64,000 nucleotides of DNA from Candidatus Ozemobacteraceae bacterium (GTDB lineage: Bacteria; Muiribacteriota; Ozemobacteria; Ozemobacterales; Ozemobacteraceae). The first letter of the stretch is position 1. The number at the start of each line of letters is the position of its first letter. Below are positions 51,388 through 60,457 of this stretch, piece after piece. The notes beneath the pieces were generated by a model. It was given only the letters and a program-made list of their open reading frames with translations, had not been told where the DNA came from and made no database searches. Position numbers and translations under genes: made by a program. The DNA lies in the NCBI GenBank assembly GCA_035373905.1, contig DAOSOK010000013.1, positions 51,579 through 115,578 of the forward strand, in the 5' to 3' direction.

Positions 51388-51815
51388 AATCATTTTCCAG
51401 AGGGTTTTCTCTTGCCGAGATCCTCGTGGCGATCCCCTTAGTCGCGGTGATCTCCATGAGCCTCGCCTACTTCGGTTCAATCTACTCGTTTTCCAATTCT
51501 CAGACCATCGGCAGGTTCCGCTGTCAGATCGCCGTTCACAATCTCCTGACGCTGGTCCAGGCGGCAAGCGATACCGCCGCCCTGACCGTCGTGAGCCGCC
51601 ATATTCAGGGGGGCGGCACCGCAGGCCCGCTTCTGACCTCATCACCCGCCCATCCTGACGGCTCCTCGGCACTCACGGTGTCTTCGAGCGTTTCCTCAGT
51701 GACCGGATACGGCATGACGTTCGGCGGATCTCCCGCCATGCCGTTTCATGTCGCCGTAACCGATGAGACAACCGGAGCGCGCTCTGAAATCATCACCTAT
51801 GTCACAACCCACTGA
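51378..51815 (+). CDS. pseudopilin (class III signal, E+5)
   Basis: MVVKSFSRG|FSLAEILVAIPLVAVI. Overlaps the previous gene by 10 nt. The track ORF 50895..51815 is a spurious N-terminal extension in this frame. Confidence 0.6.
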   Translation: MVVKSFSRGFSLAEILVAIPLVAVISMSLAYFGSIYSFSNSQTIGRFRCQIAVHNLLTLVQAASDTAALTVVSRHIQGGGTAGPLLTSSPAHPDGSSALTVSSSVSSVTGYGMTFGGSPAMPFHVAVTDETTGARSEIITYVTTH

Positions 51816-51819
51816 TGTC

Positions 51820-52227
51820 ATGAACAAACGATATGCACGCATAGGATTCACGTTGATGGAGCTCCTTTCCGTCATCGCCCTTTCCACCATTTTTGCCGGG
51901 ATATCTCTCGGCCCCCTCATGATGCAGTTTTCGCTCGTTTTCGAAAGCAACGCACGCGTCGCCGAAGTCAATCGTCTGATGGAAGCGGCTCTTCTCGTTT
52001 CGCGCACAATCACCCAGAGTCGTGCCTTTGCATCGAGTTTCGCCTTCACCGGAGACGAGAATCTCACCTGGACCGATGAGACGGGCCAGGTCCATACCAT
52101 CCTCGAACAGGTGACGGGCTCGATAACGACCGATGCATCGAATGACCAAACCGTCGTCATACGCCTCGAAGGCAAGAGAATTCCCGGCGGAGCGACCGTC
52201 CGCATGCTTGCCTATCCGTTGAGATGA
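51820..52227 (+). CDS. pseudopilin (class III signal, E+5)
   Basis: MNKRYARIG|FTLMELLSVIALSTIFA. Upstream in-frame ATGs at 51763 and 51799 are also possible. Confidence 0.6.
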   Translation: MNKRYARIGFTLMELLSVIALSTIFAGISLGPLMMQFSLVFESNARVAEVNRLMEAALLVSRTITQSRAFASSFAFTGDENLTWTDETGQVHTILEQVTGSITTDASNDQTVVIRLEGKRIPGGATVRMLAYPLR

Positions 52228-52253
52228 CCCTCCCCACGAAGCCCGGAGAACCT

Positions 52254-54233
52254 ATGAGAGAACGAACACCTTCGATATCGTGCAACCGAGGATACATTCT
52301 TGCCGCAATCCTGTTTCTCATTCTCGTTTCAGCGTCGATAGCGCCGCTTCTGCTGCATGACGCGCAAACCATTCCGAAACGCCCCCAGACATTCGAAGAG
52401 ATGTTTCGCATCCATTGGGCGCTCGAAGGGGCAAATCAGTGGCAGTTGCACGAAGCGAACATAAACGTCGTCGAACCCTTCTGCGGCTTCGTGAACTCCG
52501 TTGCGACATTTTCCTATCCTGATGGTTTCAAGGTTCGCGTCGATCTTCTCGAAGGTCGAACGATGCTTGCCAGAAACAGATTTCTCAAGGCTTCTGCCAA
52601 GGCATATCACGGGAATGTCGCCGCCGATTATGATTTCAGCCGGTTGTCATCCGCGCCTGCGGCCATTCCCGGCGTGACCGCAGGGGGTGCTCACAGTTTC
52701 GGCTGGAAAGCGAACGGCTCTCTCCTTGCCTGGGGACTGAATACGAATGGCCGGCTTGGCACGAACGACACCGCCCAGCGCGCGACCCCGACTCCTGTGA
52801 ACAAGGGCGATTGTTTGGACGTCGGAACCGATTTCAGCCAGGGGTGGAACGTCGCGGCGGGTGGAGACCACAGCCTCGTGCTCGACATGCACGGAAATGC
52901 GTGGGCGTTCGGAAACAACGCCTACGGGCAGCTTGGCTCCGGGAACACCACGGCGTATTATGCTCCGCATGCCGTCACGAACGGGTCCGACCACCTTTCA
53001 AACGTGAGCGACATCGCCGCCGGCACCTCGTTCAGTCTCGCGATCATCCGTCCGAACGGTAATGTTCTAGCCTGGGGACTGAATTCGAATGGACAACTGG
53101 GCAACACATATCCGAAACCCTGGCTAGGAACCCCCTCGAATTCCTCCGTTCCGGTGACCGTTCGAACCTCGCAAAGCAGCATCATCGGGATCGTCGGCAT
53201 TGCCGCGGGTCGTGAACACGCTCTGGCGATCGATAAAACAGGCCATATTTACGCTTGGGGGAACAACGCCAACGGTCAGATCGGATTTGACGCGGGTAAC
53301 TACTCGCCTTTTGCCGTTACGGTCAATAGCGGCGAAATATCCGAGATCGCTTCTTCTCCTTTCACGACCACCGCAAGGACGAATCCCGGAACGACGCAGG
53401 TCTATATCCCGTCGAGATTCGGCATATCCAGCATAACGGTGGAACTGAACGTCGCGATACCGTGGAATTTGTGGGGCGTTTCTTCGTATGCGAAATTTCA
53501 GCATCTGAGCATTTCCACCTACTCCGTCAACGTCATCTTCAGTTCATACACGAATCCATCGTCAAACCGGTATATTTGGAAATTCGATCAGATCGAGTCG
53601 GAGACGACATACGAATTTCAATATCCGGGAACATACACCCTGACGGTTCAAGCGCCGAGTTCCTGGCTCAGCACCTCGGCATCGAACGCGAATGGAAAAT
53701 GGTTCTACACCTCTTCCCCCGCCAAGATCGGCGTTCATACGCTGCGCGGCTATCCCAAACTTCCGACGGCTTACATCGGCGTTGCTGCCGGAGATTATCA
53801 CTCGATCGCCGTCGCAAGCGAATCGAACACGACGTCGCTTCTGGCATGGGGGCTGAATTCGAGCGGGCAACTCGGACTCGGCGATACCGTTTCTCGCGAT
53901 CGCCCGGTTCCCGTTCCAAACTGTTCGAACGTCCGACGGGTCGTTTGCGGTGCCTACCATACCCTCGCGTTGAAGAATGACGGAACGGTCTGGGCATGGG
54001 GAGACAATTCGTACGGACAGCTCGGGATCGGCTCGACGGTGTCCAAATCCGTCCCGACGCGAATTACGTCTCTCACCGACATCGTCGGAATCGCGGCCGG
54101 CTCGTATCATTCCCTCGCGATTTCCGCGAATGGAACCGTGTATTCATGGGGCCGCGGCGACAACGGCAGACTCGGAACCGGCGCCGTCAGCGGCAATCAA
54201 ACTTCACCGGCGATCGTTACGGGTTTTCCGTAA
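52254..54233 (+). CDS. GspK/PilX-like N-terminal pseudopilin segment (no E+5) fused to a seven-bladed RCC1-repeat beta-propeller
   Basis: MRERTPSISCNRG|YILAAILFLILVSASIAPLL. There are seven RCC1-type blades: WGLNTNGRLGTND, FGNNAYGQLGSGNT, WGLNSNGQLGNT, WGNNANGQIGF, WGLNSSGQLGLGDT, WGDNSYGQLGIGST, WGRGDNGRLGTG. Confidence 0.75.
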   Translation: MRERTPSISCNRGYILAAILFLILVSASIAPLLLHDAQTIPKRPQTFEEMFRIHWALEGANQWQLHEANINVVEPFCGFVNSVATFSYPDGFKVRVDLLEGRTMLARNRFLKASAKAYHGNVAADYDFSRLSSAPAAIPGVTAGGAHSFGWKANGSLLAWGLNTNGRLGTNDTAQRATPTPVNKGDCLDVGTDFSQGWNVAAGGDHSLVLDMHGNAWAFGNNAYGQLGSGNTTAYYAPHAVTNGSDHLSNVSDIAAGTSFSLAIIRPNGNVLAWGLNSNGQLGNTYPKPWLGTPSNSSVPVTVRTSQSSIIGIVGIAAGREHALAIDKTGHIYAWGNNANGQIGFDAGNYSPFAVTVNSGEISEIASSPFTTTARTNPGTTQVYIPSRFGISSITVELNVAIPWNLWGVSSYAKFQHLSISTYSVNVIFSSYTNPSSNRYIWKFDQIESETTYEFQYPGTYTLTVQAPSSWLSTSASNANGKWFYTSSPAKIGVHTLRGYPKLPTAYIGVAAGDYHSIAVASESNTTSLLAWGLNSSGQLGLGDTVSRDRPVPVPNCSNVRRVVCGAYHTLALKNDGTVWAWGDNSYGQLGIGSTVSKSVPTRITSLTDIVGIAAGSYHSLAISANGTVYSWGRGDNGRLGTGAVSGNQTSPAIVTGFP

Positions 54234-54338
54234 CCTGCCGATAGGCGAACAGTTCTTCTTGCCATTCTCAGGCAGTTCGTATAATAATCGATATTTCTCC
54301 ATTGTGCCGCTGATGTCACATCCTGAAGCCGGAGGTAT

Positions 54339-55820
54339 ATGATGACCGCTCGCACGTATCAGAAACCGGGCTTTGTCGAAATCGAATCATCCTATGCCCG
54401 GCTTGTCCGTCACGAAACCCAGGGATGGGCATGCAAGACCATCCCGCTGGTAGGCGATTCCCCCTGGCCGCTCCTCAAAACCGAGATGCAATCGTTTTTT
54501 CCCGGCGGATCGCAGCTGGTGTTCGTTTTTCAGGAGCGATGCGGAATACGGATGTTTCATTTCCCATCGACCTTGTCACCAACCGAAATTCTTGGAAATC
54601 TCCGCCTTCGGCGAGATGAATACTTCGGTTCTCGAGAAGAGTATCTGCTTTCCCTTCGGATGGGCAATCCGGTCGACGGCAAGAATCGGGAAGTCTATGT
54701 CACGTTCGTTCCCCGATCCCTGAGTGACTCAGCCCAGGAACTCTGCGCCAGCCTGGGCTATTCCCTCCAACGCATCGTAACCGGCTTCGATGCGCTGCTC
54801 GGAGCCACGGCCCGCCAGCTCGGCCGCAACAACCCCGAAACCGTCGTCATCGCGAGTCTCGGATATTCGCAGGTGAATCTGGCTGCATGGCGCGGCGGAG
54901 AACTCATCATGGTCCGGTCGCTCCTTACCGGTTCCATCAAAGAACTCGAAAACGCCGTGTTCTCCGCATTTTCGATCACCCCGCCCGATCTCATGAGAAT
55001 CCTGTCGGAATCGCTGGAAGTCCCCCCGGCCGTCAAGAATTCGATCGCCGATAACCGACAGGAGATCATGACGCACATCGGAACGCTTTTCGCCGAACTT
55101 CGAGGCCGAAAGCTCCTCTCCGAGAACCCGACCCTGTTCCTTTGCCAGCCGGTCGTCGCGGAGCCTCAACTTGCGTCCATGTTGTCCGAAAGATTCTCGG
55201 CACGAGTCATCGAGCTGAACGGCATCATGCAAGATGAAACGGCCGTCGGCGAGGATTTTCCCAGGTGGAGCTGGCTCTTGGGCGGCGTCATGCCGGCGGC
55301 CATCAACGTGCTTCCCCCGCGCACCCGGAGGGAACGTCTTCTGGCGGCATCTCCCCGGCTCGCCTTTTTCGCCATGATCGTGATGTGCATCGCCCCGTTC
55401 ATTCTCATGAGATCGTTGAAATCAAATATCGCCCTGGAAAACGCTCTGCTCATCGAACAGAATCAGGCTTTCAACCAGATCGTCGAACTCAATCGGTCCA
55501 ACCAGGAGTTGTATGCCGGTGTCGAGACGATAGCCAGCGGAGTAACCGCCGACATTTCCCGGCGCGGCCAGACAACCACGCTCATTCGATATCTTTCCGA
55601 AAGCCTGCCCGCCTTAACACGGCTCGAAAAGCTGGAAATATTGAACAAAGAAGGCAAAGTGACCATTTCCGGGAAATCCGTGGACACGGAATCCTCTCTT
55701 CGGTATCTCGATGCCGTGAAAGCGTCACCGTTCCTCGAAAAGGTGGAAATCTCCTTCGACTCGCCGGGCGGAACGACCGTTTCCTTCTCCATCACCGGTC
55801 TGCTCACCAAGAAGGGATGA
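54339..55820 (+). CDS. PilM-like (actin-fold) domain fused to PilN-like domain
   Basis: The 330-aa N-terminal cytoplasmic domain has divergent PilM-like organisation. Then INVLPPRTRRER (PilN INLLPxR motif), TM LAFFAMIVMCIAPFILM, and a periplasmic coiled-coil/beta domain. Confidence 0.5.
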   Translation: MMTARTYQKPGFVEIESSYARLVRHETQGWACKTIPLVGDSPWPLLKTEMQSFFPGGSQLVFVFQERCGIRMFHFPSTLSPTEILGNLRLRRDEYFGSREEYLLSLRMGNPVDGKNREVYVTFVPRSLSDSAQELCASLGYSLQRIVTGFDALLGATARQLGRNNPETVVIASLGYSQVNLAAWRGGELIMVRSLLTGSIKELENAVFSAFSITPPDLMRILSESLEVPPAVKNSIADNRQEIMTHIGTLFAELRGRKLLSENPTLFLCQPVVAEPQLASMLSERFSARVIELNGIMQDETAVGEDFPRWSWLLGGVMPAAINVLPPRTRRERLLAASPRLAFFAMIVMCIAPFILMRSLKSNIALENALLIEQNQAFNQIVELNRSNQELYAGVETIASGVTADISRRGQTTTLIRYLSESLPALTRLEKLEILNKEGKVTISGKSVDTESSLRYLDAVKASPFLEKVEISFDSPGGTTVSFSITGLLTKKG

Positions 55821-55827
55821 CATTTCA

Positions 55828-56373
55828 ATGTTTGAGCGAATATTGCGGTATCTGGTCATCATCGGGCTTTTGTTCCTGCCGTGGCGCTATTCTCTGCTCG
55901 CGGAACTTTCACAGCTCAAGGCAGGCCGTCAGCAAAACGTCGATACGACCGCCACGATACGCCATCTCGCGGACGGACGCGGCGAGGTCATGAAAAAAGC
56001 CCTCGAACTGCAACGCCAGCAACTCAAGGCACGGCAGAGGGCGCTTTCCTTCATTCTCCCCCCGTTTTCCCAAGCCCGCGCGAACCTCATGGCGTCATTC
56101 GATACGGTGCGTTCGCAAATTCCCGGCGAATGGGAAGTCGTTCCCGAGGGGAAGTTCCATTCGGAAGGAATGCATGTCGTCTGGCCGTTCCGGTTCAAAT
56201 ATATCGGCACCTATGCGAATGCGGTCAAGGCGCTCGCCGCGATGGAGACGGCCCCCCAGTTGCTGCGCCTCACCAGGACGACCGTGACCGGGGCCGGAAG
56301 CAGCGTCATCGTCGAAGGGAACGTCGAGATGGTGTATCTTGATGACACCGCGTCAGGGGGGGTGAGCCTGTGA
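55828..56373 (+). CDS. PilO-like bitopic protein
   Basis: N-terminal TM ILRYLVIIGLLFLPW, then a coiled coil, then an alpha/beta domain. Position after PilN and 4-nt overlap with the next gene. Confidence 0.45.
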   Translation: MFERILRYLVIIGLLFLPWRYSLLAELSQLKAGRQQNVDTTATIRHLADGRGEVMKKALELQRQQLKARQRALSFILPPFSQARANLMASFDTVRSQIPGEWEVVPEGKFHSEGMHVVWPFRFKYIGTYANAVKALAAMETAPQLLRLTRTTVTGAGSSVIVEGNVEMVYLDDTASGGVSL

Positions 56374-56777
56374 ACGACACGCTGAAATTCGCCGTCGTGG
56401 CTTCGACGGTATCCCTGGTTCTGTTCGGATTGAATGTCTACCACATCCTCTTCGGGAACCTCACTCCCCGCATGAGCGATATCGCCAACATCCAGATCGC
56501 CTTCGTCCAGACCATCGTCTCCCCGTCCGCGTCGAAGTTGATCGAGTCTCTCCACGAAACGCTGAAACCGTTCACTCCCTTCTTTTACGAGAACATGAAG
56601 CTGTACGGCATGCGCCGTTCCGGAAACGCCGAATGGACCGCGCTGTTCGCGGGAGAGTCGGAAAACGTCATCGCGCTGAAACCGGGCTCCTCATACGAGG
56701 GGGTCACGGTCGTCAGAACGGATGAACGATCCTGTCATGTGACATACGGCACCGTCGAACGCGATTTTTCCTTATAA
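56370..56777 (+). CDS. PilP-like small periplasmic protein
   Basis: N-terminal TM/signal FAVVASTVSLVLFGL, C-terminal beta-rich ...ALKPGSSYEGVTVVRTDERSCHVTY, directly upstream of the secretin. Confidence 0.4.
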   Translation: MNDTLKFAVVASTVSLVLFGLNVYHILFGNLTPRMSDIANIQIAFVQTIVSPSASKLIESLHETLKPFTPFFYENMKLYGMRRSGNAEWTALFAGESENVIALKPGSSYEGVTVVRTDERSCHVTYGTVERDFSL

Positions 56778-56821
56778 CGATAATAATATATTTACCCACA
56801 CACCACGGGAGCATCGATGAT

Positions 56822-58747
56822 ATGAACCGGTTCAAACCAAGCAGGATCGTGTCGGCCACCGCCGTCGGTTGTCTGTTGCTGGCCTCCAGCCATCTGTTGA
56901 AGGCCGCATCCGGGAATGATTCTCAAAAACCAGAAACGCCGCCGGCGCTTTCCGCTCTCACGTCCGCTCAGAAACAGGCCGTCCCGTCGGGCTCCCTCTC
57001 GATGGTCATTCGCGGGATGCCGACCGAGCAGGCGCTGGAGCAGGTTGCAGCGAATTTCGGTCTTCAACTCCAGCCGCAGGTCGAATTGCCCGGGGCCGTC
57101 AACCTCGAGTTCGACGGCGCCGGCCTCGACCAGGCAATGAGCGAGATCGTCGGTCCGCTGAACCTCGACTGGATGGTTGAAAACGGCCGTCTGCACGTCT
57201 TTCAACCCCGCCAGCCCTGGACGCACGTGAGCGACGCCGCGAACGGCGCCCCGTCCATGGCGGCCATTCCGCTCGTGAAGCCGGAAGAGCCTGTCTCGAG
57301 CCGCATCGTCGTCCTGAAAAAGCGAAAGGCCGAAGACATTCAGAAGCTCATCAAGGATCTGAGCACCGGCATGAACATCGTCACCGACGCGCCTACGAAC
57401 TCCCTCATCTGTCTGGGCACCGAGAAGCAACTCGCCGAAGCGGAGCAGCTCGCGAAGAGTCTCGACGAACTGCCTCCTTCCGCCCAGGGAGTCGCCTCCT
57501 CCCCGCTCGTGGCGAAAGTCGAGTTCATCACCGAGATCTTCAAACTCGACCATGTCGACTTCGACAGTCTCGAGAAAGAGCTGACGTCGGTGATTGCCCG
57601 CGAAACCTCAGGAACGGGGAGCTCAAATCAGCAAGCGGCGCTGACAAAAGACGGCAAGCCGATCGAGAAAGAGTATTTTCTCCTCGATCGGGAACGGCGC
57701 ATCGTTCTCATCCATTCAACGCTGGAAAAAATTGCCAGTCTCAAAACCTATTTCACAACGATCAACCAGCCGCTCGCTCAGGTCATGATCGAAGCCCAGA
57801 TCGTCGCGGTCGACACCGACTTCGAGAAGAACATGGGCATCAAATGGAACACCTCCGTCGGGTATACCGGCCCCGCCAATGCCTGGAGCACGGGGAAATT
57901 CGATCCCGTTCAACTTCCGCCCGCGAACTCCGTTCAATCACCGAACGCGGATACCTACCAGTCCTTCCAGTTCGGCAAGTGGAGCCTGAACAACCTCCAG
58001 GCACTTCTCGACACTGCCCAATCCCAGAACAAGGCGCAGGTTCTCTCGAGGCCGAAGATCATGTCGGTCACCGGGAAGAAGGCGAAGATCCAGATCGGCA
58101 CGAAGATTCCCTACACCACCTCGACGACGCTCACCGACGGCGGGAATACAACCGAAAACGTGAATTTCGTCGACGTCGGCATCATTCTCGACGTCACGCC
58201 CATGATCCACACCGACAATCACACGGTTCGCATGACGGTGAAGCCCGAGGTTTCCGATGCGATCGCCTACGCGAAGAACGGCGCCCCGATCATCGCGACA
58301 CGCCAGACGGAAGCCACCGTCGAGGTGAGGAACGGGGAAACGATGGTCATCGGCGGCCTCCTGACCAGCGAAAACGGCAAATCAACGACCGGTGTGCCGC
58401 TGCTCCGAGACGTTCCCGTTCTCGGCGAATTCTTCAAGTTTTCCAAGAGAACCAACAAGAAGACGAATCTCATGATTCTCATCACCACCCGCATCGTCGA
58501 TACCGAATTCGAAGGCACCCTTTCACCCAGGCTCGCGACATCGATCAGCATGATGCACGGCAATCCCGCGGTCATCGCCTCTTCACCGATCGCAAGCCTC
58601 ACGCTCCCCCTGAGCTTGAAGTCTGAAGGGTCGTCCAAACAGGCCCCATCCGAAAAGAAAGCCCCCATCGTGAAAGATCATCGGCTTTCCAACGTCGCCA
58701 AGGAATCAACCGCCCCCGCAGGAAACGAAAAAAAGCCCCAGCGATAG
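56822..58747 (+). CDS. secretin (GspD/PilQ family outer-membrane channel)
   Basis: Signal peptide, N0/N1-type domains, and the secretin C-domain ...AQVLSRPKIMSVTGKKAKIQIGTKIPY ... GETMVIGGLLTSENGKSTTGVPLLRDVPVLGEFFKFSKRTNKKTNLMILITTRIV. Confidence 0.9.
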   Translation: MNRFKPSRIVSATAVGCLLLASSHLLKAASGNDSQKPETPPALSALTSAQKQAVPSGSLSMVIRGMPTEQALEQVAANFGLQLQPQVELPGAVNLEFDGAGLDQAMSEIVGPLNLDWMVENGRLHVFQPRQPWTHVSDAANGAPSMAAIPLVKPEEPVSSRIVVLKKRKAEDIQKLIKDLSTGMNIVTDAPTNSLICLGTEKQLAEAEQLAKSLDELPPSAQGVASSPLVAKVEFITEIFKLDHVDFDSLEKELTSVIARETSGTGSSNQQAALTKDGKPIEKEYFLLDRERRIVLIHSTLEKIASLKTYFTTINQPLAQVMIEAQIVAVDTDFEKNMGIKWNTSVGYTGPANAWSTGKFDPVQLPPANSVQSPNADTYQSFQFGKWSLNNLQALLDTAQSQNKAQVLSRPKIMSVTGKKAKIQIGTKIPYTTSTTLTDGGNTTENVNFVDVGIILDVTPMIHTDNHTVRMTVKPEVSDAIAYAKNGAPIIATRQTEATVEVRNGETMVIGGLLTSENGKSTTGVPLLRDVPVLGEFFKFSKRTNKKTNLMILITTRIVDTEFEGTLSPRLATSISMMHGNPAVIASSPIASLTLPLSLKSEGSSKQAPSEKKAPIVKDHRLSNVAKESTAPAGNEKKPQR

Positions 58748-58800
58748 GCCGCACGTCTCAGAATGCAAAACGTCCGATGAACCTGGTTCATTTTACATTC

Positions 58801-58829
58801 TTGACTGAAATGACATCTTCGCTTATAAT
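58801..58829 (+). promoter_or_regulatory. near-consensus sigma70 promoter for the pilin gene
   Basis: TTGACT - 17 nt - TATAAT, about 50 nt upstream of the pilin ATG, in an AT-rich patch after the secretin gene. Confidence 0.5.
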
Positions 58830-58882
58830 TCACACCTCGTCAGTTCTGTTCAAAACACTCACACACCGGAGGCCACCTTCAA

Positions 58883-59335
58883 ATGATCCGTTCAAATCGT
58901 GGTTTTACCCTCATGGAACTCCTTCTCGTCATTGCCATTCTGGCAATCGTCGCCGCCGCCGCTGCCCCAAGTTTCTTCGGCGGCGCGACTGATGCGATGA
59001 AAGAAGCTCGGCGGGCTGCTTTCGTCTCTAATTTCAATAGCGTTCTTTCTGCCGCTAATATTTACCTTGCCAACGAGCAGGCAGCCGGAAGAGCAGGTGT
59101 AAAAGCTGGTACAGTTGTCTATTCGGCTCTTAAAGATAAAATGATTTCTGCACAAACGTTCAATGTGAAAAATTCTGCAGGAACGGTTGGCACCATTACA
59201 GCTCAAATCGTTCAGGCTGATGCCACCCTCAATACCTTCAAAGTATCTATGCATCAGTGCAAAGATAATGCCGGTACAGTTACCGGTAATGAAATTACCG
59301 ATCCGGGAGTTACTTTCGATACATTCACTCCGTGA
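58883..59335 (+). CDS. type IV pilin / major pseudopilin
   Basis: MIRSNRG|FTLMELLLVIAILAIVAAAAAPSFFG has E+5. 150 aa, with C-terminal Cys pair C...C (MHQCKDNAG...). Confidence 0.8.
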   Translation: MIRSNRGFTLMELLLVIAILAIVAAAAAPSFFGGATDAMKEARRAAFVSNFNSVLSAANIYLANEQAAGRAGVKAGTVVYSALKDKMISAQTFNVKNSAGTVGTITAQIVQADATLNTFKVSMHQCKDNAGTVTGNEITDPGVTFDTFTP

Positions 59336-59365
59336 AGAAGTTTTGTTTTTTATAAACCGCCCGAT

Positions 59366-59393
59366 CTCGGGCGGTTTTTTTATTATTACAAAA
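59366..59393 (+). terminator. canonical intrinsic terminator after the pilin gene
   Basis: accgcccga tct cgggcggt followed by ttttttt. Confidence 0.75.
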
Positions 59394-59489
59394 TATTCCT
59401 GTTCAGTGGCGTTCCAATTGAGTTCAATTCATTCATCAGGGCATTCTGGTGAGTTGCCGAACGTTACGCACTTCGTTTAGAATTGAATC

Positions 59490-60095
59490 ATGACAAAAAG
59501 CACCAGGCACGCAGCCCTGGCGGGGGGTCCGCCACCCAAACGCACGTGGCCGGCGGGCACCATGTTGGGGCCCGTTCCGGCGGTCATGGTTTCCTGCCAG
59601 GGGCGGGAAGGTCCTCCGAACATCATCACGGTGGCCTGGGCCGGCACGCTGTGCACGAACCCGCCGCTTCTGGGCATTGGCATCAGACCCGAACGACACT
59701 CGTTCAGGCTGATTTCCGAGACGGGCGAGTTCGTCGTCAACATGCCTTCGCGCTACGAGGCATTCGCGACCGACCTCTGCGGCGTCGTCTCGGGCCGCGA
59801 CGGAGACAAGTTCGCGCGCGCCGGCCTGACGGCGGCGCCGGCGGAGCATGTAAAGGCCCCCATCATCGCCGAGTGCCCCATCAACATCGAGTGCCGCGTC
59901 AAGCAGACGCTTCCGCTCGGTTCGCACACGCTGTTCATCGCCGAAATCGTCGGGGTTCAGGTCACCCGGCGGCTGATTTCCGCCGAGAACCACCTCTCGA
60001 TCGAGAAGGCCGGCCTTCTCGCCTTCGCGCACGGAACCTATTTCGAACTCGGCAAGGCCATCGGCAGTTTCGGCTTCAGCGTGAAAAAGAAATAA
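59490..60095 (+). CDS. flavin reductase-like (FMN-binding split-barrel) protein
   Basis: PVPAVMVSCQGREGPPNIITVAWAG ... GEFVVNMPS ... GDKFARAGL match the flavin reductase domain pattern. An internal start at 59562 is possible. Confidence 0.7.
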   Translation: MTKSTRHAALAGGPPPKRTWPAGTMLGPVPAVMVSCQGREGPPNIITVAWAGTLCTNPPLLGIGIRPERHSFRLISETGEFVVNMPSRYEAFATDLCGVVSGRDGDKFARAGLTAAPAEHVKAPIIAECPINIECRVKQTLPLGSHTLFIAEIVGVQVTRRLISAENHLSIEKAGLLAFAHGTYFELGKAIGSFGFSVKKK

Positions 60096-60124
60096 GAGCG
60101 GCATATACTATATCTATGACAATA

Positions 60125-60340
60125 GAACAAAACGGTCTCGAAGCACGCATCGTAGAGCTGGAGATGAAAGTTTCCTACCAGGACAAGACGATCGAAGATC
60201 TGAATGAGACCGTCACGAGCCTCCAGCGCGAGGTGCAGCAGCTCGATCGGCTCATCTCCCAAGTCAGGCAGAAGCTCTCCCCCTCGTCGATGACCGAGGC
60301 CGACATCAACATCGCCAATGAAAAGCCGCCCCACTATTGA
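60125..60340 (+). CDS. slyX: SlyX family protein (71 aa)
   Basis: MTIEQNGLEARIVELEMKVSYQDKTIEDLNETVTSLQREVQQLDRLISQVRQKL...EKPPHY. The coiled coil and PPHY C-terminus are typical of SlyX. Absent from the ORF track because a longer overlapping out-of-frame ORF was reported. Confidence 0.7.
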   Translation, partial: EQNGLEARIVELEMKVSYQDKTIEDLNETVTSLQREVQQLDRLISQVRQKLSPSSMTEADINIANEKPPHY

Positions 60341-60457
60341 TTTCTCACCACCCAGACATCGATTTTCGCACGGCGGTCTTTGCCCGGAAGAAGAAATCTG
60401 GTAACGTGTGCCGACAGGGTACGATGCGTTCAATTCTACAAAAAGCGGTGGTCATCA

